This document shows positions 13,005 to 26,072 of a stretch of 64,000 nucleotides of DNA, piece by piece. Numbering within the stretch: the stretch's first letter is position 1; every line of letters begins with the position of its first letter. The position numbers and the translations under genes are program-made. The stretch comes from Eledone cirrhosa (taxonomy: Eukaryota): positions 35,030,001 through 35,094,000 of the forward strand of contig OZ024746.1 in NCBI GenBank assembly GCA_964016885.1. Reading direction: 5' to 3'. The notes below the pieces were generated by a model. That model saw only the letters and a program-made list of their open reading frames with translations, was not told the origin of the DNA and made no database searches.

Positions 13005-13882
13005 TAGAGTTGAGATGGATGGTTTGTGGTTTTTCTCACATCTGGTTGGTCTCTGAATGTTACTTGTTTTATATGGAAAAAGTGGCTCGAAATGCCAGGT
13101 TTTTCGTGAAGTAATTTGATTGGTTGGTCAATAATTATAATAAATTACGCGTCAGTTCCCGTTACAAATTTCTTCAAACAATGGGGTGGGGGGTGTCACA
13201 GGTTGTTTTTTTCATATATGAATGTTTGAATTTCTTTTTACTTAAAAAAAAGGGGGCTCACGAATGCTTTTTTTGTTAATAAACGTAATTCGATTGGTTA
13301 TAAATGAAATTATGGCGGTCACGTGAACAAGTTTTCATTAAATTTTCGCGCCCTTATTTGGAAATCCATTCTGTAGCCTTTTTAGAGAATTTTATGATAA
13401 GTAAAAGATAATGGTCAAGAGAAATGGGATGGGAGAATTGTTCTGGTTCAGGGTCAAGAGAAATTTCTCTTGACCATTATCTTTTACTTATCATAAAATT
13501 CTCTAAATAGGCTACAGAATGGATTTCCAAATAAGGGCGCGAAAATTTAATGAAAAGTTGTTCACGTGACACCCATAATTTCATTTATAATCAATCAAAT
13601 TGCGTTTATTTAAAAAAAAAGCCTTCAGGAACCCCCTTTGTTTAAGTAAAAAGAAATACAAACACTCATATATGAAAAAATAACCTGTGAACCCCCCCCC
13701 CCCTTGTTTGAACAACTTTGAAACGCGAACAGACGCGAAATTTATTATAATTATTTTGACGAACCAATCAAATTACTTCTCGAAAAACCTAGCATTTAGA
13801 GCCACTTTTTCCATATAAAAGAAGTAACATTCAGAGACCAACCAGATGTGAGAAAAACCATAGACCATCCATCTCAACTCTA

Positions 13883-13918
13883 CTTTTGAAAAGCAGAAGA
13901 ACTGCGAAACCGGTAAAG
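13883..13918 (+). ncRNA. Minimal type I hammerhead motif, U3-A8 variant (right arm)
   Basis: CTT-TTGAAAA-GCAG-AAGAA-CTGC-GAAAC-CG-GTA-AAG, then AATAAA; perfect G10.1-C11.1 stem II and palindromic stem III. Confidence 0.65.
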
Positions 13919-14002
13919 GAACCAAATAAATATATATATATATTTTTTTAAATAAGACTCCAGTTGCATTTTCGATTTCATCTTTTTTTCTTGTTATATA
14001 TA

Positions 14003-14225
14003 TATTTATTAAAATAACAGATTAAGGTTTAAGCAAAGAATCGGTGCTTTCATCCTTAACGGAATCTTAAGAAGATCATGTTAGGTTGGAAATAGCGATT
14101 CTTTGCTTAAATTTAATCTGTTATTTCAATAAATATTTGCTCTAGGGTTCTTATATATTTGATATATAATTATCCTTATCGAGCCCTCTTTGGATTTTAG
14201 TCTTCCCATTTATTATTATTACTAT
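14003..14225 (+). repeat. Small fold-back (14003-14135) plus tail; related deleted copy at 48523-48580
   Basis: AATAACAGATTAAGGTTTAAGCAAAGAATCG pairs with CGATTCTTTGCTTAAATTTAATCTGTTATT. The tail end TGGATTTTAGTCTTC and AGCGATTCTTTGCTTAA recur near 48540. Confidence 0.7.
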
Positions 14226-14229
14226 ATAT

Positions 14230-14247
14230 ATCCACGTAAAGCTTTGA

Positions 14248-14293
<46 letters not shown>

Positions 14294-14311
14294 TCAAAGC
14301 TTTACGTGGAT
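14230..14311. repeat. Perfect palindrome with a (TA)n centre
   Basis: ATCCACGTAAAGCTTTGACAC-(TA)n-GTGTCAAAGCTTTACGTGGAT. Confidence 0.9.
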
Positions 14312-14499
14312 TGAATAAAGGAAAAAAGAGTGGTCTATATTAACTACAGGGTCAAAATATGTTATTAAAAAGGACTTCTGAACAAAGCTGCTTAGTATGT
14401 TTCAAAGTCTACTCTAGCTTGTGTGATAGGAATATTTTATATGCTAGATTTACTGATCTTTCAGGCTAAAATGTGTGTATATATATATGTGTATAACAT

Positions 14500-14687
14500 A
14501 ATTGTTTCTACTTTTAGCACAAGGCCAGCAATTACTCAGCACATTACGGGTACTTTATTTTATCGACCGTGTAAGGATGAAAGGAAAAGTTAACCTCGGC
14601 GGGATTTCAACTCAGTTCGTAAAGAGACGTAACTGTGCTGCAAAGCATGGCGTATGACCCTCTACAGATACTGCTAATCCACCACCC
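14500..14687 (-). mobile_element. tRNA-derived SINE
   Basis: Reverse complement of the dominant SINE consensus. Confidence 0.85.
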
Positions 14688-15180
14688 TTATATGTGTATA
14701 AAATAATATTAAAATAATATTAAAATACTGCGACACAAAGAAATAATTTTGTTACTGAATTACCTTCTCCATAATTAAAGCAAATAATGTGCATTCTTTT
14801 ACAACATGATTATAGTAGATTGTATAAGAAGGTATATACCGCATGTCAATAAACACTATACATACTGCACACCTTGAAATAACAGCACTTAAATATTCGA
14901 CGTTAAAATTTGCTGAATTGCGCATGGAAGTTAGGCTCATCCTTTAGAGAAAAACCGATTCATACGGCAGGTGTTTATCCTCAAACACTGATTAAGAAAG
15001 TGGAAGTGTGAATGAATAAATTGCTCCCGGGTAGCAATTTGATATAGCGAAAAATCCGCTTTGGCAGAAGAAATTGATATCAGCACTGGAATCAAAAGTT
15101 AATGTTGTAGGTCTTTGCGTGTCACCTAACACCCTGGAGGAGTACATACTGTGAGCTAGGTGTATGCAACAACTCAAAGT

Positions 15181-15264
<84 letters not shown>

Positions 15265-15319
15265 AATAAGGAGTTGGTAGCTTCTCTTACTGGCCAACGT
15301 TACGTGAATTCTGGTTGAT

Positions 15320-15843
15320 ATAATTATTTCTACTTTTGGCAAAAGGCCAGGAGTTTCCAGTGTATTACTGGTACTTTATGTTATCGACCCCGTAAGGATG
15401 AAAGGCAAAGTTAACCTCGGCGGGATTTGAACTCAGACCGTAAAGGGCCGTAATTCTATGCTTGTAAGCATGGTGTCTGACTCTCTACCAATACTGACAA
15501 TGCACAATATATAATTGTTTCTACTGTTGGCACAAGGCCAGCAATTATTCCAGTGCATTACTGGTACTTTATTTTATCGACCCCGTCAGGATGAAAGGCA
15601 AAGTCAGCCTCGGCAGGATTTTAACTCAGATCAGAAAGGGGCATAACAATGCACAATATATAATTGTTTCTACTTTTGGCACAAGGTCAGCAATTACTCA
15701 GTACATTAATGGTACTTTATTTTATCGACCCCGTAAGGATGAAAGGCAAAGTTAACCTCGGCGGGATTTGAACTCAAATCGGAAAGGGAAGTAACTATGC
15801 TGGAAAGCATGTCCGACCCTCTACTGATACTGCCAATTCACCG
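15320..15843 (-). mobile_element. Three head-to-tail SINE copies
   Basis: Copies at about 15320-15503, 15511-15645 (head missing) and 15661-15843. Confidence 0.85.
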
Positions 15844-16527
15844 AATATATAATTACACATAACCAGCACTACATTATGAGCCAGGGTTTAAGAAGGGATG
15901 GCGGTACTGTAATCTGTGTCTTGCATAGAATCTTCATATTATTTGGAAACTAACTGTTATTCTAACACAAATTAATGAATACATTTCGACATGGTGACAT
16001 AAGTTATTTCTCTTAAACTTCAAACTATTTTCTAACTTGCTGAGCAACAGATCCATAATTATATAAATGCATTCCGTACAAAATATAAACCGTTTTAAAT
16101 TGAATTCGCTAATGAATTTAATTGCGAAAATTCGAATTACAATGGGATTTGGCGATAGAGCGCGACCATAGGTAAACAATTTACTGAGCATATTGAATGC
16201 AAAACAAAAACCCACGAGTTTAACGCAATTGACAAAATAGTGTAAGATATCTAATACGGAGATCAAAGGTTTTACTATTCTTTCTAATTTGTTTAATATC
16301 ATATATTGCATTTTATTACAATCTAATGCAATTCAATATATACGGCATTCTGTTGTATATCATCCAAAAAAACGGTGAATTTGCAGAGTTGACAGTGTCC
16401 AATAAAATGGTTTGCAGTATTTTTTTTAGATAAATAACATGCCACTCACGTATAACAGACAATTCTTCTTTCTCTCACAGATTCGGAACTGGTGCTATGT
16501 AATCAATCTAAATTACCAGTGCAGTAT

Positions 16528-16800
16528 TTGGCGCGGGGCCTACTGGTAATGGTGTTGGACTTATGATCAAAATGTCGTGATTTCGATTCCATGACTGGGT
16601 TGTGAGTTGTGTTCTTCATAAAGTCACTTCATTTCCCGTTTCTCCAATGTACTAAGCTGGAAATGAGCACCAGCAATATCTAAGGTTTTAAAGAAATGAA
16701 GGACTGGCAACCTATTCAGGAGGGAGCCTTCTACTCTCAATCGCTTAACACCATGGAGACTGAGATAAGCACCGGCTTGATAATCATCCGAGCTGGAGAC
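16528..16800 (+). mobile_element. Second tRNA-headed SINE family (CORE/V-domain-like blocks), diverged
   Basis: Head with GATTTCGATTCC B-box-like motif, TGTGTTCTT..AAGTCACTT block, GGACTGGCAACC..CAGG and GAGACTGAGATAAGCACCGGC blocks. A related fragment lies at about 37125-37165 on the minus strand. Confidence 0.55.
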
Positions 16801-17330
16801 ATACTTTCTACTTAGACTTATTTGGAGATTAGCTGGTAATGGTTACCAATTTATGTTTTATTTACTTTTTGTTCTCAGATTGTCGAAAATTTACACTTTT
16901 AAGGTTTTGTAGCGTTTTCTAGCGCAAGAACTCCGATTCTACCTCCTGCCTGCTGCTTAACTCTTCGCATGGTGTTTGGAAAGTAGGTGGTTAGGTTGTG
17001 AGGGTTCGGAGTTTTAGGAAAGACAGAAAAACGAATAGTTATAGTAGGAAGGAAGGAGAGAATGATAGTGAGGGAGATGTGGTAGGAGGTGTACTTTCCG
17101 GCAGGCACATTTTTGAAGATAGTTGCTGCTGTTGTACATGCTACTACCCCTGTTCTTAGTATTTCTGTTTTTATTTTAGTTAAAGATTTGTGGCACTTAA
17201 ATTTGTTGTGTAGTAGTTGCTGATATTATTATTATTTCTGGTAGTATTATTGATTGTATTGTTCAATATGATGATGATGACAATAGTGATGATAATTATG
17301 GTACTACTATTATTATTATTATTATTATTA

Positions 17331-17596
17331 TTCTTTGAGTCTCAGTCATTGATGTTAGTTAACTGGAAAGTTTGATGAAATGAATATCAAGCATCTACCT
17401 GCAGCCTCAGATATTCAGGACGTATCTGAGAATTCTTGCTGTTCCCAGCAAGCATGCCTTTTGAAGTGTTCCAAATAGTGGGTCGGGGCCAATTTTATTT
17501 AACCATCCCTGGAAACTTTTTGAGATAGTACCTAGTGCGCCTATGACAATCGGGACCACTTTGACTTCATGGCAGTTCCAAATCCTTTTTACCTCC
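17331..17596 (-). mobile_element. 3' end of R4/Dong-type LINE (same family as 32124-34325), next to (ATT)n
   Basis: Near-identical to 33960-34225, including TTCTTTGAGTCTCAGTCATTGATGTTAG; encodes VKVVPIVIGALGTISKSFQGWL. Confidence 0.9.
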
Positions 17597-17631
17597 GAAT
17601 TTACGTCCTATTATTATTTTATTATTATTAT

Positions 17632-18085
17632 GGGCGGTGGATTGTCAGTATCGGTAGAGGGTCGGACGCCATGCTTTCCAGCATAGTTACGTCCCTTTAC
17701 GATCTGAGTTCAAATCCCGCCGAGGTTGACTTTGCCTTTCATCCTTACGGGGTCGATAAAATAAAGTACCAGTGATGCACTGGTTAATTGCTGGCCTTGT
17801 GCCTAAAGTAGAAACAATTATTTTATTATTATTATTATTATTATTATCATTATTATCATCATCATTAGTAGATTGGCAGTATCGGTTGAACGTCAGACAC
17901 TAAGCTTTGCAGCATTCGCTTACGTCCCTTTACTGTCCGAGTTCGAATCCCGCCGAGATTTTGTTTCCCTTTCATCCTTACAGGGTCGATAAAATAAAGC
18001 ACCGATAACGTAGTGGGGTCGATTTAATCGACATTCCCCTCCCCCAAAATTGCTGGCATTGTGCCTATATAAGAAACCATTATTA
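17632..18085 (+). mobile_element. Two tandem dominant-family SINEs
   Basis: Copies at 17632-17860 (close to consensus) and 17868-18085. Confidence 0.88.
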
Positions 18086-18393
18086 TGTGTACTAGATTGA
18101 TTATGGAAATCATGGAGATAAGGAAGATGACACTATAGCTTTTAGCAATAGTTGTGTTGGTAATGGTGATTGTCGTGTTATTTTTGGTTTTGGTTGAGGT
18201 AGTGTGGGTGTTGTTAGTGATAATGGTGACATTATAGTAATATTAGCTGTACTTTAGTACTCATGATCATAGTGGTAATGGTAGTGGTAATGACAGTGGG
18301 GAGGTCTCTGTTGTATAATTATATATTTACTCCGAACCACTCACTTGCTCTCATTGAATACCATCCCCAACATCACCCATTTCTACACGTACA

Positions 18394-18458
<65 letters not shown>

Positions 18459-19176
18459 AGAGGCGCGCGCTCGAATACATACACGCACACAAACTGACGC
18501 ACGCAGTTATACGCATAGTCCCATGAAAATCATGCACATATAGATCATACCACACAAAGATACACCACACGCTTTCAGGAAAATAAACTATATTTTAATC
18601 CATATGATCACATGTACACACATACATACACACGTTAGAAACTTGCTACACACAAATTTACTCATGCATACTCAAAACATACCCCTTCCTATTATTCATT
18701 TCTCTAGCAGTCTCTCGTTCTTCCTCTGTGGTTCTTGCCTCCCACACATTCACGAAATACTGCCAAGAAAATTCTTAACAACAACGTTAAAATCAACAGT
18801 ATAATCAACAATATCAATAACAATATGAAAAAAAAAAGAACAGTTATAACGTCATCAACCACCTCCACAACAGCAACAGTAACATCAACAAAGAACAACA
18901 ACAACAACAACTGCAAAATATAAATAACAGCAATCTGAATATCAAGGAAGGCAGTATCAACAAAATACAATAACACATATTTATGTCATTGTAGATTAAT
19001 TTTGAGATTTATTTATCTTATTATCCCCCTAACAATCATCATAAACATCATGATAATCATATGCATCATCATCTCTACCAATATTAACACCACCATCATC
19101 AACAGCACAGTAGCAACACAACAAACATTACCACTGTCATCCTATTAATTATCATCATAACTCTCTCTACAATTAT

Positions 19177-19396
19177 AATTATTATTTCTACATTAGGCAC
19201 AAGGCCAGCAATTTTTGGGGTAGGGAAAAGTCGAGTAAATCGACCCCAGTGCATTACTGGCGCTTCATTTTATCGACCCCGTAAGGATTAAAGGCAGAGT
19301 TAACCTCGGCGTGATTTGAACTCAAAACGTAAAGGGCCACAACTCTATGCTGCAAAGCATAACTCATGGTGTCTGGTGCTCTACCGATACTGCCAA
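19177..19396 (-). mobile_element. tRNA-derived SINE
   Basis: Reverse complement of the consensus. It abuts (TAA)n and a short minus-strand 3' end of the Tx1-like LINE at 19397-19480. Confidence 0.85.
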
Positions 19397-20350
19397 ATAA
19401 TAATAATAATAATAATAATTTCTTTATTGGCCACAGAGGGTTCACATTAAGTAAATATTAAAAGCGGCGCAGCAGGATAGAGAGTTGGTTTTGCTTTTGT
19501 GTAAAAATATTGATGTTGATGAAAATAATTATGAACATCATCATCAACATATTACCTACACCTTTTACAACCTCCTCATCATCATCTTCCTCACTCTCTT
19601 AATTTTTGTCAAGAGCGCAAGCATTATAAATATCATCATCATCATACACAATGTCATCAACATCGTCATCATTATTATTTTTCTCAACATAATAATTAAG
19701 AACTTCATAATTATCATTCCTCAATTTACCTAATTCATTAACATCATAAGAATTATCATTCACATCATCATCATTATCACAATCCTGATCGTTACCATCA
19801 CCACAGCTATGAAATTCATCATTAATTTCATTATTATCATCAACAGCGGCAACACCTGCAGTAGCAACAGCAGCATCTGCATCGTAATTCTCCTCAACTT
19901 TCCCCCATCACCAACCCTATATTTCTCCTCGGATTCATTATCATCATTATCACTATTATACTAATATATTTTATTGATTTTTATGTATTGAATATCTCTG
20001 TTTATAAATATCTCTGTTATTATCAACAACAATTAATGTTAATAATAGTGATAATGGTGGTAACTAATGTGATGATGGAAATTCCATGTTTTATCAAAAT
20101 TTCCTTATTTGTATTTTGATGCATAGATTTATGGATGTGTGACCTTGTTTCATTATTTGACAAATTTCGATTGTGTATTTGATTTCCTTCATAGTTAAGG
20201 TAATTTAAAGCGCCTCACACTCGAACTTGTTACATTATGTTGAAAAATTTGGTGACGTGCTTGATTTTGTCTCATATTCAAATTCATACGAGCTGAATAA
20301 TATTTTAGATAATACATGAGTATTTATTGCGTATGATCATATATATATTA

Positions 20351-20409
<59 letters not shown>

Positions 20410-20784
20410 CGAAAAGGAGATAGTGAGAAAGAGAGAAACAGGTGGCGAAGAATGATATGTGTGAAATATACTTATATGTATATATACGGATAGGTGCAGC
20501 ATTGCAAACAAAAAAAAAAGCAATAATATATCAGAGAATTAAAACGAAATACACATTTCATATCCTTAAATATACCGACGAGAGAAATGTATTGAAATAT
20601 AAATTCCACAGACCTACGTCGGATTGGACGATTACTGGTCCAGTTTTATATCAATGGAACAGCTTCTCCATGAGATTAATCCCTAAGTTGTTGAGCATTC
20701 CGCAAACATGTACCGTTAACGTAGCGTAACATGTACCGTTAACGTAGCGTGTTACAACGTGAGCTCTTTTTATTATTAATACAG

Positions 20785-20930
20785 TCCATCCAAATGGTTT
20801 CCTTCTACCCAATTACACTCAAAAAATATTGAGCTACTGGAGGCTATAATAAACGACACTACACAGGGGCCCACACAGATTGATCCCGGGACATAATCTT
20901 TCTGAATGCAATCATTCGCCCATGCTGCGT
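20785..20930 (-). mobile_element. Decayed copy of a third SINE-like repeat (cephalopod SINE-like)
   Basis: GGTTTCC..CTACC.AATT.CACTCA...GGCTATA.TA.A.GACACT resembles recalled octopus SINEs; not verified by search. Confidence 0.4.
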
Positions 20931-21447
20931 ACGTACACTTTGAAATACACGTACATATTATTTTACCATGTAGTGTTTTAAATTTTCAATTAAAAATTGT
21001 GCCAAAGATTCTCTTGTCTTCTGTGGTAGTAACCAATTAGCTATTATGTTTCATAATAATGAAGTTCCTGTTTGGCTTTCGAACTAAATAACTTCAACTT
21101 TTAAGTTTTCTTGTTACATTACACTAATAGAAAGCTAATAGCCTAATCACATTGAAATTATCAAATATGTTAATATTTGTGATACAAAATTAGCAACTCC
21201 GATTAAATTTTCAATATTCTAAATTCTATTGTCGTGATTGCGTTAGAAGTAGAAACAAACTTACTAGATGCTTATTAGATGATATCATTACATGTTATTA
21301 ATAAAAGAGATTTAAATGGAACAATTGAATAAGATATGACTTTCTAAAGCAACTAATAGTTTGTACAAGGTTATTTGTTTTGATAAAGCAATACCAAAAT
21401 ATACATCATGCCATGCAGAAATATCTTATAGATAACAGTATTAGTTC

Positions 21448-21660
21448 GTTCTACATTTAGCACAATGTCAGCAATTTGGGGGAAGAGGGAAAGCGAGGAA
21501 TCGAGCACTGTATTTAACTGGTATTGTATGTTTTTTGGCCAGAAAGGATGAAAAGCAGACCTGACTTCGGCAGGATTTGAAATAATAACGTCGTATACCT
21601 TGACTAAATATCACAAATCGTTTTCTGTGGTGCTCTACCGTTACTGCCAATCAACCGAAC
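21448..21660 (-). mobile_element. tRNA-derived SINE, diverged
   Basis: AGGATGAAAAGCA..CTTCGGCAGGATTTGAA and CTCTACCGTTACTGCCAA remnants. Confidence 0.65.
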
Positions 21661-22524
21661 TTGCGACCATATTAATAATAATAAAATTATGTATTTCTGT
21701 TTTGCTTTTTGGTAAAATGTATCTTAACATATAATACAGAACATGTGTGGATTTACATATATAATAAACAATTTTCAGAGCAAAATATAAGACAATATTA
21801 TAGAAACAGTTTAAAATTCAGTAAAATACATGTATAATAGAATTTGCTACCGTAGTATATGGGCATTTACGACTTCGCTCACATCCGATTCAGTCTGAAA
21901 ACAGGGTTTTTCTAAATTAGAAGATAGCATATTCGGCTGAAGATCAAAATCACCCTCATATCTGAGAGATGACCTAACAGTTCTACGTAGTATTTTGATT
22001 AGGTTTTAATCGGGTTTTTGTCCCTTTGTAACCATTGATATACATCACTTATGTTTTCATTCCAATAAAAAAATGAACAGTTTTGTACCTCTACTACAAT
22101 TCATTTAGTTAATGACAACTGATTGCTGGACTGTACAATAACGAATTAAATGGCATTTGATAATACTATTTGTACTCTGACGTTCTCCCTTCCTATGTTG
22201 ACACAATCGACTTGGAATTCATGTTTCATCTATACTAAATATAATTACTAGTCAAGTTCTAGAAACTAATCAATCGAATACAACCTGCCCTAAAAATGTT
22301 ATTTGTATTGCATCTATGAAAGAATTCGTTATTGATTTCTAGCGTAAGAATGGCGTAACAACAGTGTGTGTTTTATACAGACACTAATGTTCATTTTAAT
22401 GTAAACACTATACAGTAATGTTGTTAAGTTAGACTAAATATATTTAGTGTCTAGAGCATAAAAAGCTTGGTAGAAATAAATATATTGTGAATAGAATATA
22501 TACTTATTAATCAAACGCTGCTGC

Positions 22525-22690
22525 ATGCTATCAAGTGGTGCCCCTGCGTTGCAGAGTTGTGTACTTGTGTTGAACGGTTATCAGATGTAGGAGAGATGTA
22601 GCTACAAACCGGGTCTATTTGAAAATTGAACCGCCACCATCTTTTAGAAGAGAGGCACAAGTCTTCCTGTGCCTGGTAGCTATAGAAAAG
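22525..22690 (+). pseudogene. Fragment of L1/Tx1-like LINE C-terminus
   Basis: KIEPPPSFRREAQVFLCLVAIEK aligns with RIAPPSSFSREGQAVFICLVAMVK at 34338-34687. Confidence 0.65.
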
Positions 22691-22929
22691 AAACATATAT
22701 GCTCACCACTCTCATCCACCTTTCAATCAGATGACTGTACGCCAATACTTCACAAGTGGAACCCGAAGAAACTGGAGATTGATCCGCCAAAGATGAGAGA
22801 ATTTGCCTTCAGCCTCTTCAATCGCGTCCAGTATACAATTTCTTTCTATGGCTATAAACAAAATTACCTGCCCATTAACGGAGTCCATATGCTGTGTACA
22901 GTCGGGTTTTGTGCTAGTATCGGTCATAC

Positions 22930-23023
22930 CTCCTCCTCCTTCTTCTTCTTCTTCTTCTTCTTCTTCTTCTTCTTCTTCTTCTTCTTCTTCTTCTTCTTCT
23001 TCTTCTTCTTCTTCTTCTTCTTC
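22930..23023. repeat. (TTC)n microsatellite
   Basis: Directly visible. Confidence 0.95.
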
Positions 23024-24819
23024 TGTTCATATTAATACTAATATACGTATTGATGGTTGGTACAGTAAGTAATCCCATTATAGGATGTTAGTGTGCTTTA
23101 AAATACTATTGGACGAGCATATTTGTTCCGAAGAATAGGTTTCCACTCTACACTATCTGATGCTTGAGGTAGTACAAGAGGGAAGTAGATTTGGTCTACT
23201 GCAATGAGAAACACAAACTCAATCATCAACATTATACCAGTAATCGAGATAATGTTGCAGATGTTTTTCTTCTGTTTATATAATATTGATGGTGAAATTC
23301 GTATTCATTTTTATTTTGTTTATTGGTTAAATTCATGTTCTCCCTAAATAAATAAAGATTTGATTAGAGATGATTTAGGCGTGTCCGATTACTCTTCTAT
23401 TCCGACATGGTCTACCTCAGATTACCTTTTTCAATATGTATTTTTTTAAAGATTGTATTTTGTGATTTGAGAGATTTTGTTGCTATTTCAAATCATTTCG
23501 AGCCGCGAGGTCTTTATAGGTTTTTGTCCATGACCATATTGCTGGGAGCAGTTTTGGTGGATTTTTTTGGGGGGGATTCTGCTGATAGTGGTGGAAGTGA
23601 TCATGTGACTGCAGTGGTAGGAATAGCAATAGCGAGTATTACAATGAACAAGTGGATATTTTTTTATTATGGCAACAGTTGAATTGATATAATTCAAAAT
23701 AGGCGCTGGGAATTCGTATTTTATTCGTAGCAAAACTTAATTTTTATTTGGTTTCGAGATGAATACATTTCCTGCAGATAATTAATGCAAATAATAGGAA
23801 AAGACATTATAGTACAAACGTTATCGGAAAGCCATCTCTATTCTGTTCTACAATTTTAAGCAGGAATTTCTAACATCATTTTTCTACATTTAGATTGTAA
23901 ATTTTAAGGTTAAAATTATTTCATTTCTTTAAAAGAGTTGCGTGCAATAAAATGAATCATTAATGCATTATAACAGTAATGCGACCATCTGTCTACGATA
24001 TGTCTTATATTTGTCCGATCACTCTTAGAGAAATAACAAAAGAATACCGTCAAATAGCAGCTTATCGCTCTATAAAGGAAAGAACCTATTGCATAGTGTA
24101 GCCTACTATAAATTTTGTCTGATATAAGAAAGGAAACTCAATGCTGGAATGTCTTTCATTATATATGGTCTTGATGAAGGATTAGATGAAATTAAAAATA
24201 ACAACAAAACATCAACACTGGAAATACATTTCAAATGGAGCTACATTACATTAGGGAACCTATTTATGGTTAACCACATAAAAAATATCCACTTGTTCAT
24301 TGCAATACTTAAGCGTAATGCTGCAACAGCGTTGATGGCTAAATGGAACCATTAAAAGAGAGAAAACTGTTACGTTTTGTTATTGAAAAGCCTGTATTGA
24401 CATTCTTTAAATATTACCTTCACGCACATTGAGCATCCACATACAGTAACAGACAAATAGCAGAATGTGTATAGAAACATCTAACAAAACAAATAGACAT
24501 ATGTAATTGTGCACATACACAAACAAAACAAACACATTAACGTATGCATACACAAAGAATATCATTATTATATGTGAATATTTATTTACTTCATTCTTTC
24601 TCTTCTGAATTCGGAGTTATTTCGTAAGTTCTATTGCACAATACAACAATGATGCCTGGTTTCTAGCATATTTGTTTAGCGGTATATATCCCTAATGGTA
24701 AATGCATCTATCATTTTCCTTATCACACATTTTGGATCCCACTCTCCTTGCTACATCTCTCTCACCCTGCATCTTTATTTCCCTCTCTACCTATCTCCAT
24801 GTCACTCCCAACATATATG

Positions 24820-24895
<76 letters not shown>

Positions 24896-25477
24896 AAATT
24901 AAATTAAGGGTTGTCATGTCTGAGAGATATGCGCCATATCTACTGTAGAATATGTTCAAAGATTCCAATGATTAGATCCGAGAATTTTATATCAACTAGA
25001 AATAGATTGACATATATATATATAATAAATACATGGAACAATCACAGGGAATAATTTGTAAAGAATGTAAGCACACATAGGTAGGTAACTAATTAAAGTT
25101 CAACTAGAACTTCAAATATAGATACCTTTTAAAATGATTAATCTCCTTTGTATATATTTATTTAAGTAATAAATATATTTCACCAATTAATCATTAAATC
25201 ACAGTAGTCAAATCCTGGATGGTCACCAAAGGAGAGGAAAATAACTATCTGCGTTTACAAAGCAAATGCAAATCTGAGAATGACTCGAACCACGTGTTGC
25301 ATTTTTTTTAAATACACACATCGCACAGCGTCATCCCAGTGGCGTGAATAGGATTATCGACAGCTAGAAATAGCTAGAAATAGACTCGGTTGCTATTTTT
25401 CATTAAACACAGAATAGATCGCCAGATATATTATACATACAAGTATACATCGTTATTTCAGGGCACCAATCCTAATT

Positions 25478-25511
25478 TTATATATATATATATATTTGTA
25501 TATATATATAC

Positions 25512-25603
<92 letters not shown>

Positions 25604-25626
25604 ATATATATGTATACATATATATG

Positions 25627-25658
<32 letters not shown>

Positions 25659-25679
25659 TGTGTATATATATATATTCAA

Positions 25680-25714
<35 letters not shown>

Positions 25715-25715
25715 A

Positions 25716-25764
<49 letters not shown>

Positions 25765-26072
25765 TATATATATACAAATATATATATATATATACAAATA
25801 TATATATACACATATATATATGCATATGCATATACATATATGTATATGTATACATATATATATAATATATATATACATGTATACATATATATATACATAT
25901 ATATATTATATATATTTGTATATATATATGTATATACATATATATACATGTATATATATATTTGTATATATATACATTTTTATATATATATATATGCATA
26001 TATATATACATGTATATATATATTTGTATATATATACATTTAGATATACATATATAATATATATATATATAT
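25478..26072. repeat. About 600-bp degenerate (TA)n tract
   Basis: Directly visible; source of the spurious YI-repeat ORFs. Confidence 0.95.

Larger units (their letters stand above)
12831..13992. mobile_element. Large fold-back element (about 530-bp arms 12895-13425 and 13461-13992, short spacer, about 60-bp tail at left); Penelope pLTR-like
   Basis: Arms are high-identity reverse complements along their length. The left about 210 bp, including the tail, recurs at 28302-28505. Flanked by (TA)n on both sides. Confidence 0.9.

Noticed and set aside
12831-13992. Interpretation as a MITE or DNA transposon with long TIRs
   Set aside because: The arms are asymmetric (unique tail on one side), a solo arm plus tail exists at 28302-28505, and the arms carry HHR motifs, all of which favour a Penelope-type origin.
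14061-14102. GAAT-CTTAAGA...GAAA-TAGCG-ATTC hammerhead-like segment in a fold-back loop
   Set aside because: G5 is altered and there is no valid stem III or NUH triplet.
17632-17725. tRNA-like A and B boxes
   Set aside because: These are SINE heads: no closed cloverleaf, and always followed by the SINE body and (ATT)n tail.
20705-20750. 23-bp exact tandem duplication AACATGTACCGTTAACGTAGCGT
   Set aside because: Ordinary slippage or repair duplication; two copies with no spacer, so not CRISPR-like.
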